Assembly (NCBI GenBank): GCA_036276135.1
Contig: DATBEL010000002.1
Span: forward strand, 1 to 58,702
DNA: 58,702 nucleotides
Source: Candidatus Dormiibacterota bacterium
GTDB lineage: Bacteria; Chloroflexota; Dormibacteria; Aeolococcales; Aeolococcaceae
Reading direction: 5' to 3'
The notes below the pieces were generated by a model that was given only the letters and a program-made list of their open reading frames with translations, had not been told where the DNA came from and did not search any database. This document shows positions 19,606 to 28,488 of this stretch, piece by piece; within the stretch, counting starts at the first letter, position 1, and each line of letters begins with the position of its first letter. A program made the position numbers and the translations under genes.

Positions 19606-21234
19606 ATGGACGAGGAACAGGCCGGCCGCACGATCCGCGTGGTGGTCGCGGCTCCCTTCAAGGAGATCGTGGGGATCCACGAGAAGGTCTCCGAATACGC
19701 GGACGAGCTCGACGTCTGCGGCGTGGTGTCGAGTGCCGGTGTGGTCGCCGAGCAGACCCGGGTCCTCCAGCCCGAGGTGCTGGTGCTGAGCGAGAACCTC
19801 GGCATCGACCCTGCCGAGGCCGCCGCCACCCTGGCGCAGACAGCTCCAAGCACGAGGCTGGTCGTGCTGGTCAGCAGCCGTGACACCCTCCCGCCCGGCG
19901 CGGCCGCCGCCGTGCTCCGCCTCGACGCCTCGGCCCGCGAGCTTCGCGCCGCCGTGATGCTGGCGGCGGGCAGGCTGCGAAACCAAACCGCCCCGCCGGC
20001 GCACTCGCGAGCGTGGAGCAGCGGCTCGGAACCGTCGCGCTGGCTCTGGGAAGACGCCGACGCGACCGCGCGGCCCGAACCCTCGACCGAGCCGGCTGAG
20101 CCCGTCGATCTGACCGCTGGTTCGGCGCCGGCGCCACCCGCCAAGGAGGCGTCCGCTTGGCCGCCGCCGTGGCTGCAGGCCCCCGCGCAGCCGGAGGACG
20201 CTGGGCAGGCGGACGTCCGCGCCGATGCCGCGACCGCAGATCCAGATTCACCTTCATCTGCCGCGGTGGCGGACACCGACCCGATGGCCGGCACGGCCGC
20301 GGAGGCTCCCGCCCCGGTGGCCCCGGCGCCCGACGCGCCGGTGGACGCTCCCGCCGCCGTGGAGGCGCCCGAACCCGAGGAGGAGGCGCTGATCGAGCAG
20401 CCGCGCAAGCGGGTGCGCCGTCCCGGGCGGACCAAGGCGGACACGGTGCTGGTGTTCAGCGGCAAGGGTGGCGTGGGCAAGTCGGTGATCGCCACCAACC
20501 TCGCCGTGGCCCTCTCGGCGCGTGGGGTCAAGGTCGCCCTCATCGATCTCAACCTGCAGTACGGCGATGTCGGGGTCCTCCTCCACGCCGAGAGCCACCC
20601 CACCTCGATCGAGTCGCTGGCCCAGCAGGGCGAGCAGGTCGATCGCGAGTACCTCGACGAGGTCATGGCCACCGGCCCTGAGGACGTGCGCATCCTCCTG
20701 GCGCCGGCCAGCCCCGAGTTTGCCGACCTGGTCACCGCTGCCAGCCTGCGCGCCATCCTTCGCGAGCTGTCGCGCGGCTACGACTACGTCATCGTGGATT
20801 CCCCGGCGCACATCGAGGAGCGTGTCCTCGAGGTCATGGAGGTGGCCGACCAGATCCTCGTGGTCAGCTCCTTCAACATCACCTCTGTCAAGGACACCAA
20901 GGTGACGCTGAAGTTGCTCCAGTCCCTGGGGATCGAGCGTGATCGCATCGCCGTGGTGCTCAACCAGGTCCACCCCAAGGTGGGCTTTCCCCGGGAGGAG
21001 ATCGAGAAGTCGTTGCGGCGCGAGGTGCTCGCCCACCTCCCCTACGATGTCCGCATCGACGAGAGCATCGACAACGGCAGGCCGGCGGTCATCGGCGAGC
21101 CGCGCTCGGAGTTCAGCAAGCAACTCAGGGTCGTCGTCGATTTCCTGACCCCCGAGGAGGGGGCCGCCGTCGACGCCGTCGGCGCTGACCAGGTCCGCGA
21201 CCGGGCCTCGAAGCGCCGGCTCTTCGGGCGCTGA
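19606..21234 (+). CDS. cpaE: CpaE/TadZ-like MinD/ParA ATPase #1 with degenerate receiver-like domain and long linker
   Basis: FSGKGGVGKS, VALIDLNLQYGD, YDYVIVDSP, LAHLPYD; N-terminal receiver fold lacks DD, phospho-Asp and KP. Confidence 0.85.
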   Translation: MDEEQAGRTIRVVVAAPFKEIVGIHEKVSEYADELDVCGVVSSAGVVAEQTRVLQPEVLVLSENLGIDPAEAAATLAQTAPSTRLVVLVSSRDTLPPGAAAAVLRLDASARELRAAVMLAAGRLRNQTAPPAHSRAWSSGSEPSRWLWEDADATARPEPSTEPAEPVDLTAGSAPAPPAKEASAWPPPWLQAPAQPEDAGQADVRADAATADPDSPSSAAVADTDPMAGTAAEAPAPVAPAPDAPVDAPAAVEAPEPEEEALIEQPRKRVRRPGRTKADTVLVFSGKGGVGKSVIATNLAVALSARGVKVALIDLNLQYGDVGVLLHAESHPTSIESLAQQGEQVDREYLDEVMATGPEDVRILLAPASPEFADLVTAASLRAILRELSRGYDYVIVDSPAHIEERVLEVMEVADQILVVSSFNITSVKDTKVTLKLLQSLGIERDRIAVVLNQVHPKVGFPREEIEKSLRREVLAHLPYDVRIDESIDNGRPAVIGEPRSEFSKQLRVVVDFLTPEEGAAVDAVGADQVRDRASKRRLFGR

Positions 21235-21391
21235 GCGCCGCGGCTCGCCGAATACGTTTCGGCTCGATGAACGCTGCGAACGCGTCAATTAGTCGCAGTC
21301 ATGCAACGGCGCGTCTGACACGCTTTGACGAGCCGCCGACGAGCGGTGAATCCGGCCCGGAACGGCCCTGGACCGCCTCTACCCTGCGGCG

Positions 21392-22717
21392 GTGCGGAAA
21401 ATTCTCATCGCCGTGGTCGCCGGCTGCCTGTGCCTCATCGCGGCCCCGGTCAGCGCCGCCCCGGCCACCTCAGCCCCGCCGCCCGTCGCCAAAGCGACCG
21501 ACCCGCTGGCCGCCGCGCTCCAGCTCCAGCTCCAGCAGCAGGCCGCGCTCAACGCCACCGTCGGCTCGCTGGCCAGCGAGCTCCAGGCGGCCCAGGACTC
21601 GCAGACCACGCTCCGCACCCTGATCGCGGCCAACCAGGCGGCGATCTCCCAAACCCTGACGCAGCTGACCACGGCCGAGCAGCACTACAGCGACGCCAGC
21701 ACGCGCGAGGCAACCGAGAAGGCTGCCGCGGCGGCGGCGCGACTGCAGGTCCGCTCCGACAAGGCTCTGCTCGCACAGTACGCGCGCCTCGGCTACGAGA
21801 CGCAGGGCGACCTCCTCTCGTTCCTTCTGTCGAGCAGCTCGATGTCCGACCTCTTCAGCCGGGCCGTCGACCTCTCCCGGCTGACGCACCGCGGCGCCGA
21901 CCTCGTCGACCAGATCAACAGCGACGTCGCCGAGGCGGATGTTGCCGAGGCCAAGGCGGCCGCTGACGCCACCGCAGCGGCGCAGGCGGCGGCCCAGCTG
22001 CTGCAGCAGCAGCAGACCCTCCAGCAACAGACGCAGCATGCCCAGGACCTGGTCGACCAGTTGGGCGCCCAGGCATCGGCGACGCGTGCGGAGATCAGCG
22101 CCGCCAACAGCCAGAGCCTGGCCGTGGCCCAGCAGATCGCGCAGACCCGCCTGGCCGAGCTCGACCAGACGATCGCGGAGGCCATGCAGGCCGCGTGGCA
22201 GGAGGCGACGTACTACCTGCAGCAGCACCTGGGAACACTCCCTGCCTCGATCACCGCCGTGCCGACGGTCCCGATCAACCCGGACGGCAAGCAGCTGGTC
22301 TGGCCGGTCAACGGCACGGCCATCAACCAGCCGTTCGGCCCCTCGCCGTACCCGTTCGAACCGCCGTTCGACGGTTTCCCGCACTTCCACACCGGCCTCG
22401 ACCTGGCCGGGCCGCTCGGCACCCCGATCGTGAGCGCCGCTGCCGGCGTCGTCGTCGCCGCCGACGTCAGCACCGTCGGCTACGGCAACCACATCATCAT
22501 CGCCCACGCCGGTGGCCTGCTCACCCTGTACGGCCACCTCGAGACCATGCTCGTCAAACCCGGTGACGTGGTGAAGGCCGGGCAGCTCATCGCGCTGCTC
22601 GGTTCGACCGGCAACTCCACAGGCCCGCACTGCCATTTCGAGGTCAGGCTCAACGGCGTGCCGGTGAATCCCGTCCTCTTCCTGCCGCCCCTTCCCGCAG
22701 GCGCGACCGGCCCGTAA
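21392..22717 (+). CDS. Secreted M23 family peptidase with long coiled coil
   Basis: Signal peptide; Ala/Gln coiled coil; HTGLD, YGNHIII, YGHL, GSTGNSTGPHCHFEVR. Confidence 0.92.
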   Translation: MRKILIAVVAGCLCLIAAPVSAAPATSAPPPVAKATDPLAAALQLQLQQQAALNATVGSLASELQAAQDSQTTLRTLIAANQAAISQTLTQLTTAEQHYSDASTREATEKAAAAAARLQVRSDKALLAQYARLGYETQGDLLSFLLSSSSMSDLFSRAVDLSRLTHRGADLVDQINSDVAEADVAEAKAAADATAAAQAAAQLLQQQQTLQQQTQHAQDLVDQLGAQASATRAEISAANSQSLAVAQQIAQTRLAELDQTIAEAMQAAWQEATYYLQQHLGTLPASITAVPTVPINPDGKQLVWPVNGTAINQPFGPSPYPFEPPFDGFPHFHTGLDLAGPLGTPIVSAAAGVVVAADVSTVGYGNHIIIAHAGGLLTLYGHLETMLVKPGDVVKAGQLIALLGSTGNSTGPHCHFEVRLNGVPVNPVLFLPPLPAGATGP

Positions 22718-22774
22718 CAGCGGCGTGGGGGAATTGCCGGGCGGTGGCAGCGATGATGGCCCGGAGGTGAACTC

Positions 22775-24049
22775 GTGATCCGCGTCCTGATCGCCGACGA
22801 GAGCCGGGTGGTGAACGACAACATCGCCCGCCGGCTCGCGCTCGAGGACGACCTGGTCGTCTGCGGCACCGCCGCCGACGGCGAGTCCGCTGTCCAGGAG
22901 GCGCTCTGGCTGCGTCCCGACATCGCCGTGGTGGACGCCGGCCTGCCCGGCATGGACGGTGGCCAGACCACCGAGATGCTCGCCCAGTGCCTGCCCGGGA
23001 CCGGCGTGATCATGATGTCGATGGAGGCTGAGAATGACGCCTACCGGCTGGCCATGCTCGCCGGGGCGCGCGAGTTCCTGCAGAAGCCGTTCCGCGGCGA
23101 CGACCTGGTGGCGGCGGTGCGCCGCGTCCACGCCTTCGGACAGCGCCGTGCGGTTGCCGCCGAAGCGGCGGTCCTCGCCGCCACTCCCGCCACCGCTCCT
23201 CCGCCAGAGCCGGCCCCCATCGCGTCCCCGACCGTGACCGGCCTGGTGACGGCGGTGATCGCGGGCAAGGGCGGAGTCGGCAAGACGGTGGTGGCCATCA
23301 ACCTGGCAACCGCTCTGCGAGGTGGCAAGTCACGGCGCGTGGTGGTCGTCGACCTGTCCCTCCAGTTCGGCGACATCGGCGCCGCGCTCGCGCTGCGCGC
23401 CGACCGCACCATCGGCGACCTGCTCGCTGACGATCAGCTCGCCGACCATGAGCTGGTGCGCGACACCCTCATCGCCGGGCCCGGGGGCATCAGCGTGCTG
23501 CTGGCGCCGCTCACACCGGAGGTGGCCGACTACATCACGCCGGCGCACCTGAGCACATTGGTCGACACGCTACGCGCTGACTTCGACCACATCGTCATCG
23601 ACACGCCCTCGTACCTCACCGACACCACGCTGAACGCGGTCAGCGTCGCCGACCACGTCGTCCTGGTCACCGACCTGAGTCTCACCGGCGTCAAGAACAC
23701 ACGCCTGGTGCGCGGCGTGCTCGACACCCTCAACGTGGTCCCAACGCGCGTGCTCGTGGTCGCCAACCACCGCGAGTCGGCGGGCGAGCTGGACAGCCGC
23801 GGCGCGGAGACCTTCCTTGGCACCGCCATCGCCGCCAGCATCCCCTTCGACCCCAACGTGGTGGCCACGTCAGTGAACACCGGAGTCCCCTTCGTGATCA
23901 AGGAGCCCAAATCGAAGGCGAGCGCCGGCGTGCGCGCCATCGCCGATGCCATCGATGCGGTGCCCGCCACGGACGCCACCGGCGCGCCGTCGGCGCAGGT
24001 GGCGCGGCCGAAGAAGGCGTCGCGCCGCAAGCTCAGCTTCGGTCGCTGA
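22775..24049 (+). CDS. cpaE: CpaE/TadZ-like ATPase #2 with receiver domain
   Basis: VLIADE, PDIAVVDAGLPGMDG, EFLQKPF; IAGKGGVGKT; VDLSLQFGD. Confidence 0.88.
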   Translation: MIRVLIADESRVVNDNIARRLALEDDLVVCGTAADGESAVQEALWLRPDIAVVDAGLPGMDGGQTTEMLAQCLPGTGVIMMSMEAENDAYRLAMLAGAREFLQKPFRGDDLVAAVRRVHAFGQRRAVAAEAAVLAATPATAPPPEPAPIASPTVTGLVTAVIAGKGGVGKTVVAINLATALRGGKSRRVVVVDLSLQFGDIGAALALRADRTIGDLLADDQLADHELVRDTLIAGPGGISVLLAPLTPEVADYITPAHLSTLVDTLRADFDHIVIDTPSYLTDTTLNAVSVADHVVLVTDLSLTGVKNTRLVRGVLDTLNVVPTRVLVVANHRESAGELDSRGAETFLGTAIAASIPFDPNVVATSVNTGVPFVIKEPKSKASAGVRAIADAIDAVPATDATGAPSAQVARPKKASRRKLSFGR

Positions 24050-24060
24050 ACGGCCGTCGT

Positions 24061-25293
24061 CTAGCGGCCGAACAGCCCCTTGCGCTTCTTGCGGTCGACG
24101 GGTTCAGGTGCCACCGCTGCTGCGTGCTCGGGAAGGATGCGGGCGACCAGCTCGCGGATTGCCTTGCTCACCTCGGCCTCGGGATGCGCGATCACGAACG
24201 GTGTGCCGCTGGTGATCGCGTCGCCGACGATCCTGGGGTCGTGGGGGATCTGCACCGCCACAGGCACGCGCAGGCTCTGCTCGATCGACTCGCGGTTGAA
24301 GTCGGCGTAGCCGTCGACGCGGTTGACCACCAGCAGGGTGTTCTCGGCGTCGACCGACAGTGACTCGAGAACCTTGAGCGTCAGCTTGGCGTCCTTGATC
24401 GCCGGGATGGTCAGCGCCGTCACCACCAGCACCCGTTGAGCCATCTCGACGACCTCGAGGTTGAACTCGGTGAGGTGGGTCGAGCAGTCGACCACGACAT
24501 AGTCGAAGGCACGGCGCAGCTCGGCCATCAGCAGGCGCACATGCTCGGCGGTGACCAGATCGGCGAGCTCGGGGCTGATCGGCGCCAGCAGCACCTTGAC
24601 GCCGCCGGGGCCGTTGGCGAGCACGTCGGCAACGCTGTCCGAGTCGACCCCGCCGGAGCCGTCCACAAGCTCGGTGATGCTGCGGCTGTGGTCGAGGTTG
24701 AGCATCACGCCGATGTCGCCAAACTGCAGGTCGAGGTCGACGAGCGCGACGCGGCCGCCGCTCTGTTCGGCGATCGCCACCGCGAGGTTGGTGGCGATCA
24801 GCGTCTTGCCGACACCGCCCTTGCCCGAGAAGACGAGGAACACCTCGGCGGGGGCGCTGCTGCGCGGGGCAGTCGGCGCCTCCGGCTGCTGGGGCATCGA
24901 CTGCGCGATGAACGTCCCCTTCTTCAGCTCGAGCTGGTACACGCGCCTGATCGCCGCCACCAGCTCGTCGTGGCTGAAGGGCTTGATGAGGAACTCACGA
25001 GCGCCGGCCTGCATGGCCCGCCGCAGGTAGTCGCGTTCGCCCTGCACGGACATGATGATCACCGGCGACGTCGGCAGCTCCGACGCCAGTGTCTCGGTGA
25101 GCTGGATGCCGTCCATCAGCGGCATGTTCACGTCGGTGAGCACGATGTCGGGATGCAGGCGATGGGCGGCCTCGAGACCCTCGCGGCCGTCGGCGGCGGT
25201 TCCGACGACCTCGATGTCGTCCTCGAAGCTGAGGAGCTTCTGGAGGTTGTCGCGCGTGCTGGAGATGTCGTCGACGATGAGCAGGCTGATCAC
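24061..25293 (-). CDS. cpaE: CpaE/TadZ-like ATPase #3 with canonical receiver domain
   Basis: LLIVDD, PDIVLTDVNMPLMDG, EFLIKPF; FSGKGGVGKT; VDLDLQFGD. Confidence 0.9.
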   Translation of the reverse strand: MISLLIVDDISSTRDNLQKLLSFEDDIEVVGTAADGREGLEAAHRLHPDIVLTDVNMPLMDGIQLTETLASELPTSPVIIMSVQGERDYLRRAMQAGAREFLIKPFSHDELVAAIRRVYQLELKKGTFIAQSMPQQPEAPTAPRSSAPAEVFLVFSGKGGVGKTLIATNLAVAIAEQSGGRVALVDLDLQFGDIGVMLNLDHSRSITELVDGSGGVDSDSVADVLANGPGGVKVLLAPISPELADLVTAEHVRLLMAELRRAFDYVVVDCSTHLTEFNLEVVEMAQRVLVVTALTIPAIKDAKLTLKVLESLSVDAENTLLVVNRVDGYADFNRESIEQSLRVPVAVQIPHDPRIVGDAITSGTPFVIAHPEAEVSKAIRELVARILPEHAAAVAPEPVDRKKRKGLFGR

Positions 25294-25316
25294 GGTGGGC
25301 TTCAGTGCGTCCTTGA

Positions 25317-26027
25317 TCAGGCCACGGACATCCGAGACGCGGCGGCCGGGTCGACGGTGACGCCCGGTCCCATGGTGGCGGCGAGCGTGACGTTCTTCAC
25401 GTAGGTCCCCTTGGCGGCGGACGGCTTGGCACGCACGACCGCGTCCATCAGCGCGGCGAAATTGTCGCGCAACTTGGCGTCGTCGAACGACGCCTTGCCG
25501 ATCGCGGTGTGGATGATGCCGGCGCGGTCGACGCGGAACTCGACACGACCGCCCTGCACGTCCCTGACCGCCTTGGCGATGTCGAAGGTCACCGTCCCGG
25601 CCTTCGGGTTGGGCATCAACCCGCGCGGGCCGAGCACCTTGCCGAGACGGCCGACCTGGCCCATGAGGTCCGGCGTGGCCAGGGCCACATCGAAGTCGAT
25701 CTCGCCGGCCTGCACCTTCTTGACGAGGTCGTCGCCGCCGACCAGGTCGGCGCCCGCGTCGAGAGCCTCCTTGGCCTTCTCGCCGGTGGCGAAGACGGCG
25801 ATGCGACGGGTGCGGCCGGTGCCGTGCGGGAGGACCACGCTGCTCCGCACCATCTGGTCGGCGTGGCGCGGGTCGACGCCGAGGCGGATGTGCGCCTCGA
25901 TCGACGCGTCGAACTTGGCTGTCGACGATTTGCGCACCGCGCTGACCGCCTCATCCGGCGGGTATGCCCTGTCGGGCACGATCGCGGCGGCAGCCTCGCG
26001 GTATCTCTTTCCGTAACGGTGTGGCAT
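25317..26027 (-). CDS. rplA: 50S ribosomal protein L1
   Basis: [46 protein letters not shown]. Confidence 0.98.
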   Translation of the reverse strand: MPHRYGKRYREAAAAIVPDRAYPPDEAVSAVRKSSTAKFDASIEAHIRLGVDPRHADQMVRSSVVLPHGTGRTRRIAVFATGEKAKEALDAGADLVGGDDLVKKVQAGEIDFDVALATPDLMGQVGRLGKVLGPRGLMPNPKAGTVTFDIAKAVRDVQGGRVEFRVDRAGIIHTAIGKASFDDAKLRDNFAALMDAVVRAKPSAAKGTYVKNVTLAATMGPGVTVDPAAASRMSVA

Positions 26028-26041
26028 GACGATGGTCTCCT

Positions 26042-26072
26042 GTGGTGCGTGCGGGCGCCTGCGCCCTCCCAC
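26042..26072 (-). promoter_or_regulatory. Putative L1 autoregulatory RNA site in the rplK-rplA spacer
   Basis: GTGG-GAG-GGCG-CAGG-CGCC-...-CCAC immediately before SD AGGAG; resembles GUGGGAGG...CCAC L1-binding leaders of Bacillota/Actinomycetota. Confidence 0.5.
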
Positions 26073-26082
26073 GAACGGGTTC

Positions 26083-26508
26083 TTAGTTGACGGTGAGCCC
26101 CATCGAACGGGCGGTGCCCTCGATGACCTTCATCGCCTGCTCGATGTCGTATGCGTTGAGGTCCTGCATCTTCAGCTCGGCGATCTCGCGCACCTGGTCG
26201 CGTGAGACGGTGCCCACCTTGTCCCGGTTGGGCACCGCTGAGCCCTTCTCGACCCCGGCCGCCTTCTTGAGCAGGTTGTACGCCGGTGGCGTCTTGGTGA
26301 TGAACGTGAACGTGCGATCCTCGAAGATGGTGATCTCGGCTGGGATCACCGTGTCCCCCATCGAGGCGGTGCGCTCGTTGTACGCCTTGCAGAACTCCAT
26401 GATGTTGATGCCGTGCGGGCCCAGCGCGGTGCCGATCGGCGGCGCCGGTGTGGCCTTGCCGGCCGGGATCTGCAGACGGATGACTGTCTTGACCTTCTTC
26501 TTGCCCAC
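26083..26508 (-). CDS. rplK: 50S ribosomal protein L11
   Basis: [34 protein letters not shown]; FTFITKTPP; GTARSMG. Confidence 0.98.
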   Translation of the reverse strand: MGKKKVKTVIRLQIPAGKATPAPPIGTALGPHGINIMEFCKAYNERTASMGDTVIPAEITIFEDRTFTFITKTPPAYNLLKKAAGVEKGSAVPNRDKVGTVSRDQVREIAELKMQDLNAYDIEQAMKVIEGTARSMGLTVN

Positions 26509-26517
26509 GCCGAACTC

Positions 26518-27069
26518 CTAACGCAGCCGCTCGACCTGGAGAAGGTCGAGCTCGACGGGCGTCTCACGCCCGAACATGTTGACCAGGACCTTGAGCTTGC
26601 CCTTCTCGGCATTCATCTCGGTGACCTTTCCGTGGAAATCGGTGAACGGACCATCGGTGACGCGCACGTTCTCGCCGATCTCGTATTCGACCGACACCTT
26701 GGTCGGGGCCTCGGCCTTGACCTGCTTCTGGATGCCGCGAACCTCGTGGTCCTGCAGGGGCACGGGCTTGTTGCCGCTGCCGACGAACGAGGTCACGCCG
26801 GGCGTGTTGCGCACCACGTACCACGACTCGTCGGACATGATCATGTTGACCAGGATGTAGCCGGGGAAGATCCGCTTGGCCACCTTGCGGCGCTGCCCGT
26901 CCTTGATCTCCATCACCTCCTCGGTGGGGACGAGGACGTCGAAGATCTTGTCGTGCATGTCCATCGACTCGACGCGCTTGAGGAGGTTGGCCTTGACCTT
27001 CTCCTCGTGTCCCGAGTAGGCGTGGACGACATACCAGCGGACGTCGGTGGTTGTGGCTGTCTCGTTCAT
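26518..27069 (-). CDS. nusG: Transcription termination/antitermination factor NusG
   Basis: WYVVHAYSGHEEKVK; IFPGYILV; VRNTPGVTSFVG; KOW; MFGRETPVEL. Confidence 0.98.
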   Translation of the reverse strand: MNETATTTDVRWYVVHAYSGHEEKVKANLLKRVESMDMHDKIFDVLVPTEEVMEIKDGQRRKVAKRIFPGYILVNMIMSDESWYVVRNTPGVTSFVGSGNKPVPLQDHEVRGIQKQVKAEAPTKVSVEYEIGENVRVTDGPFTDFHGKVTEMNAEKGKLKVLVNMFGRETPVELDLLQVERLR

Positions 27070-27079
27070 GTTGCGGTGC

Positions 27080-27454
27080 TCACGGTGTGATCGGTGCGGG
27101 GGACCCGCCTGCTGACGTTGGTTGTGCGGTGGCGGCCGGCCTGCTGGTCGCGCCGGGCGATACCGTCGACCCCTTCGGGGCCACCTGGCTGCCCGCTGCG
27201 CTGGTGCCGCTGGAGCTGTAGAGCTGCTTGACAACCTGCCCCAACGCGAAGTCGGCTGCGGAGACGATCAGGGCCATGAGGATGACGGTGGTGACCACGA
27301 CGCCGGTCATGCGCGCCAGTTCGTTCCAGGTCGGCCAGACGACCTTGCGCAGCTCGTCGACGACGCTCGCGAAATAGTTGCGGTCCATCCCAGCCGTGGG
27401 TGGTCCCACCGGCGTGCGAGACTTGCTCGGCTGGCCGCGTACCGCTCTGGCCAC
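27080..27454 (-). CDS. secE: Preprotein translocase subunit SecE with C-terminal extension
   Basis: YFASVVDELRKVVWPT motif plus TM, upstream of nusG; start uncertain (GTG 27454 or downstream ATG of MDRNY). Confidence 0.92.
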   Translation of the reverse strand: MARAVRGQPSKSRTPVGPPTAGMDRNYFASVVDELRKVVWPTWNELARMTGVVVTTVILMALIVSAADFALGQVVKQLYSSSGTSAAGSQVAPKGSTVSPGATSRPAATAQPTSAGGSPAPITP

Positions 27455-27510
27455 CTGACTTTCAGTTCCTCCTGGTTGGCGCCGCGTCCCTGCGGCCACC
27501 GGGTGTTCCG

Positions 27511-27587
27511 TGGCAGGGGCGGCAAGATTCGAACTCGCGACCCTCGGTTTTGGAGACCGATGCTCTAACCAACTGAGCTACGCCCCT
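27511..27587 (-). tRNA. trnW: tRNA-Trp(CCA)
   Basis: Reverse complement AGGGGCGTAGCTCAGTTGGTTAGAGCATCGGTCTCCAAAACCGAGGGTCGCGAGTTCGAATCTTGCCGCCCCTGCCA; anticodon CCA; encoded CCA end. Confidence 0.97.
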
Positions 27588-27622
27588 GTGCGCTCGCCGG
27601 ACACCGCCGGCCCTTGGATCCG

Positions 27623-27790
27623 TTACTTGGTCTCGCGGTGCCGGGTATGGGAGCGGCAACGACTGCAGAACTTCTTGAGCTCGAGGCGGTCGGGGTCGTT
27701 CCGCCTGTTCTTGACCGTTGTGTAGTTGCGCTCCTTGCAGTCCGGACACTGCAGGGTGATGATCGCGGAGCCACCCTTCGCCGTTGCCAC
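27623..27790 (-). CDS. rpmG: 50S ribosomal protein L33, Zn-binding (C+) type
   Basis: [45 protein letters not shown]; start GTG 27790 preferred over ATG 27808. Confidence 0.97.
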   Translation of the reverse strand: MATAKGGSAIITLQCPDCKERNYTTVKNRRNDPDRLELKKFCSRCRSHTRHRETK

Positions 27791-27806
27791 GTGCTTATGC
27801 CTCGAC

Positions 27807-27832
27807 AAAAAAGAAACCTAGCGGCGCTAGGT
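27807..27832 (-). terminator. Terminator-like hairpin in the rpmG leader
   Basis: Minus strand ACCTAGC-GCC-GCTAGGT followed by TTCTTTTTT. Confidence 0.55.
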
Positions 27833-27840
27833 CAAGTCCG

Positions 27841-27849
27841 ATTGTATCA
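27841..27849 (-). promoter_or_regulatory. Putative extended -10 promoter for rpmG operon
   Basis: TG-A-TACAAT on minus strand. Confidence 0.5.
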
Positions 27850-27892
27850 GAGCCCCGGCGGGCACGTCCACGAAGGGCGCCGGCGAGGCGGT

Positions 27893-27901
27893 TGGTACCA
27901 T
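27893..27901 (+). promoter_or_regulatory. Putative extended -10 promoter for tRNA-Thr
   Basis: TG-G-TACCAT ending 13 nt before the mature tRNA 5' end. Confidence 0.5.
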
Positions 27902-27914
27902 TCGCCCGCCGCGG

Positions 27915-27989
27915 GCCCAAGTAGCTCAGAGGTAGAGCAACGCCTTGGTAAGGCGTAGGTCGTGGGTTCGATTCCCACCTTGGGCTCCA
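27915..27989 (+). tRNA. trnT: tRNA-Thr(GGT)
   Basis: GCCCAAG/CTTGGGC acceptor stem; ACGCC-TTGGTAA-GGCGT anticodon arm; GGTTCGATTCC T-arm; CCA end. Confidence 0.97.
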
Positions 27990-28000
27990 CTCCGGAGGCG

Positions 28001-28042
28001 CCAGCCGGCCCGCCCGGCTGGGGCGGCGTTGCCGCCGCCCCA
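28001..28042. terminator. Two GC-rich hairpins between convergent tRNA-Thr and hypothetical genes
   Basis: CCAGCCGG-N5-CCGGCTGG and TGGGGCGGCG-TTGC-CGCCGCCCCA; no U-tract. Confidence 0.45.
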
Positions 28043-28071
28043 CTGGCCGACCTGTCGGGTATCCGGGTCGC

Positions 28072-28488
28072 TCAGCTGCGCAGAAGTGTCTGGAAGAACT
28101 CGCGATATCTCTGCAGCGTCTGGCGCAGATCTTCGGTGGACACGTCTTTGCCCCCTGACCAGGCCACCTCCAGACGCTGACGTTCGTCGGCGAAGGTGCG
28201 TGCAAGCTCGCGGATCACCTCGGCCACGAGAGCGTCGGCCCGCTCGACGGCTTGCCGCGGCTCATCGACAAAGGTTGCCTGGATGCCATTCCAACGCTCG
28301 ATGAACGCGCCACTGTCGCCGAGCAGACCCTCGGCACCGGCCCCCTCCGGCCGACCGGGGCCGTCCCCGGTATCAGTTGCGCCCCCGGTCGCGGACGGTG
28401 TCTCCACGGCCGGTTGCTGCGGCGGGCCTTGCGGAGGAGTGCCCGCCCCGCTTTCGGCGATCTGTTCGGTGGTGATCTGCTCTGTCAT
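28072..28488 (-). CDS. Hypothetical helical protein (soluble paralogue of 28485..29153)
   Basis: RWNGIQATFVDEPRQAVERADALV...STEDLRQTLQRYREFFQTLL. Confidence 0.85.
   Translation of the reverse strand: MTEQITTEQIAESGAGTPPQGPPQQPAVETPSATGGATDTGDGPGRPEGAGAEGLLGDSGAFIERWNGIQATFVDEPRQAVERADALVAEVIRELARTFADERQRLEVAWSGGKDVSTEDLRQTLQRYREFFQTLLRS

Noticed and set aside
21240-21390. Possible c-di-AMP (ydaO) riboswitch before the M23 peptidase (contains CGCCGAAT and GGTGAATC)
   Set aside because: Lacks the GGGGAACC and CCGTCAGCTAAC core segments
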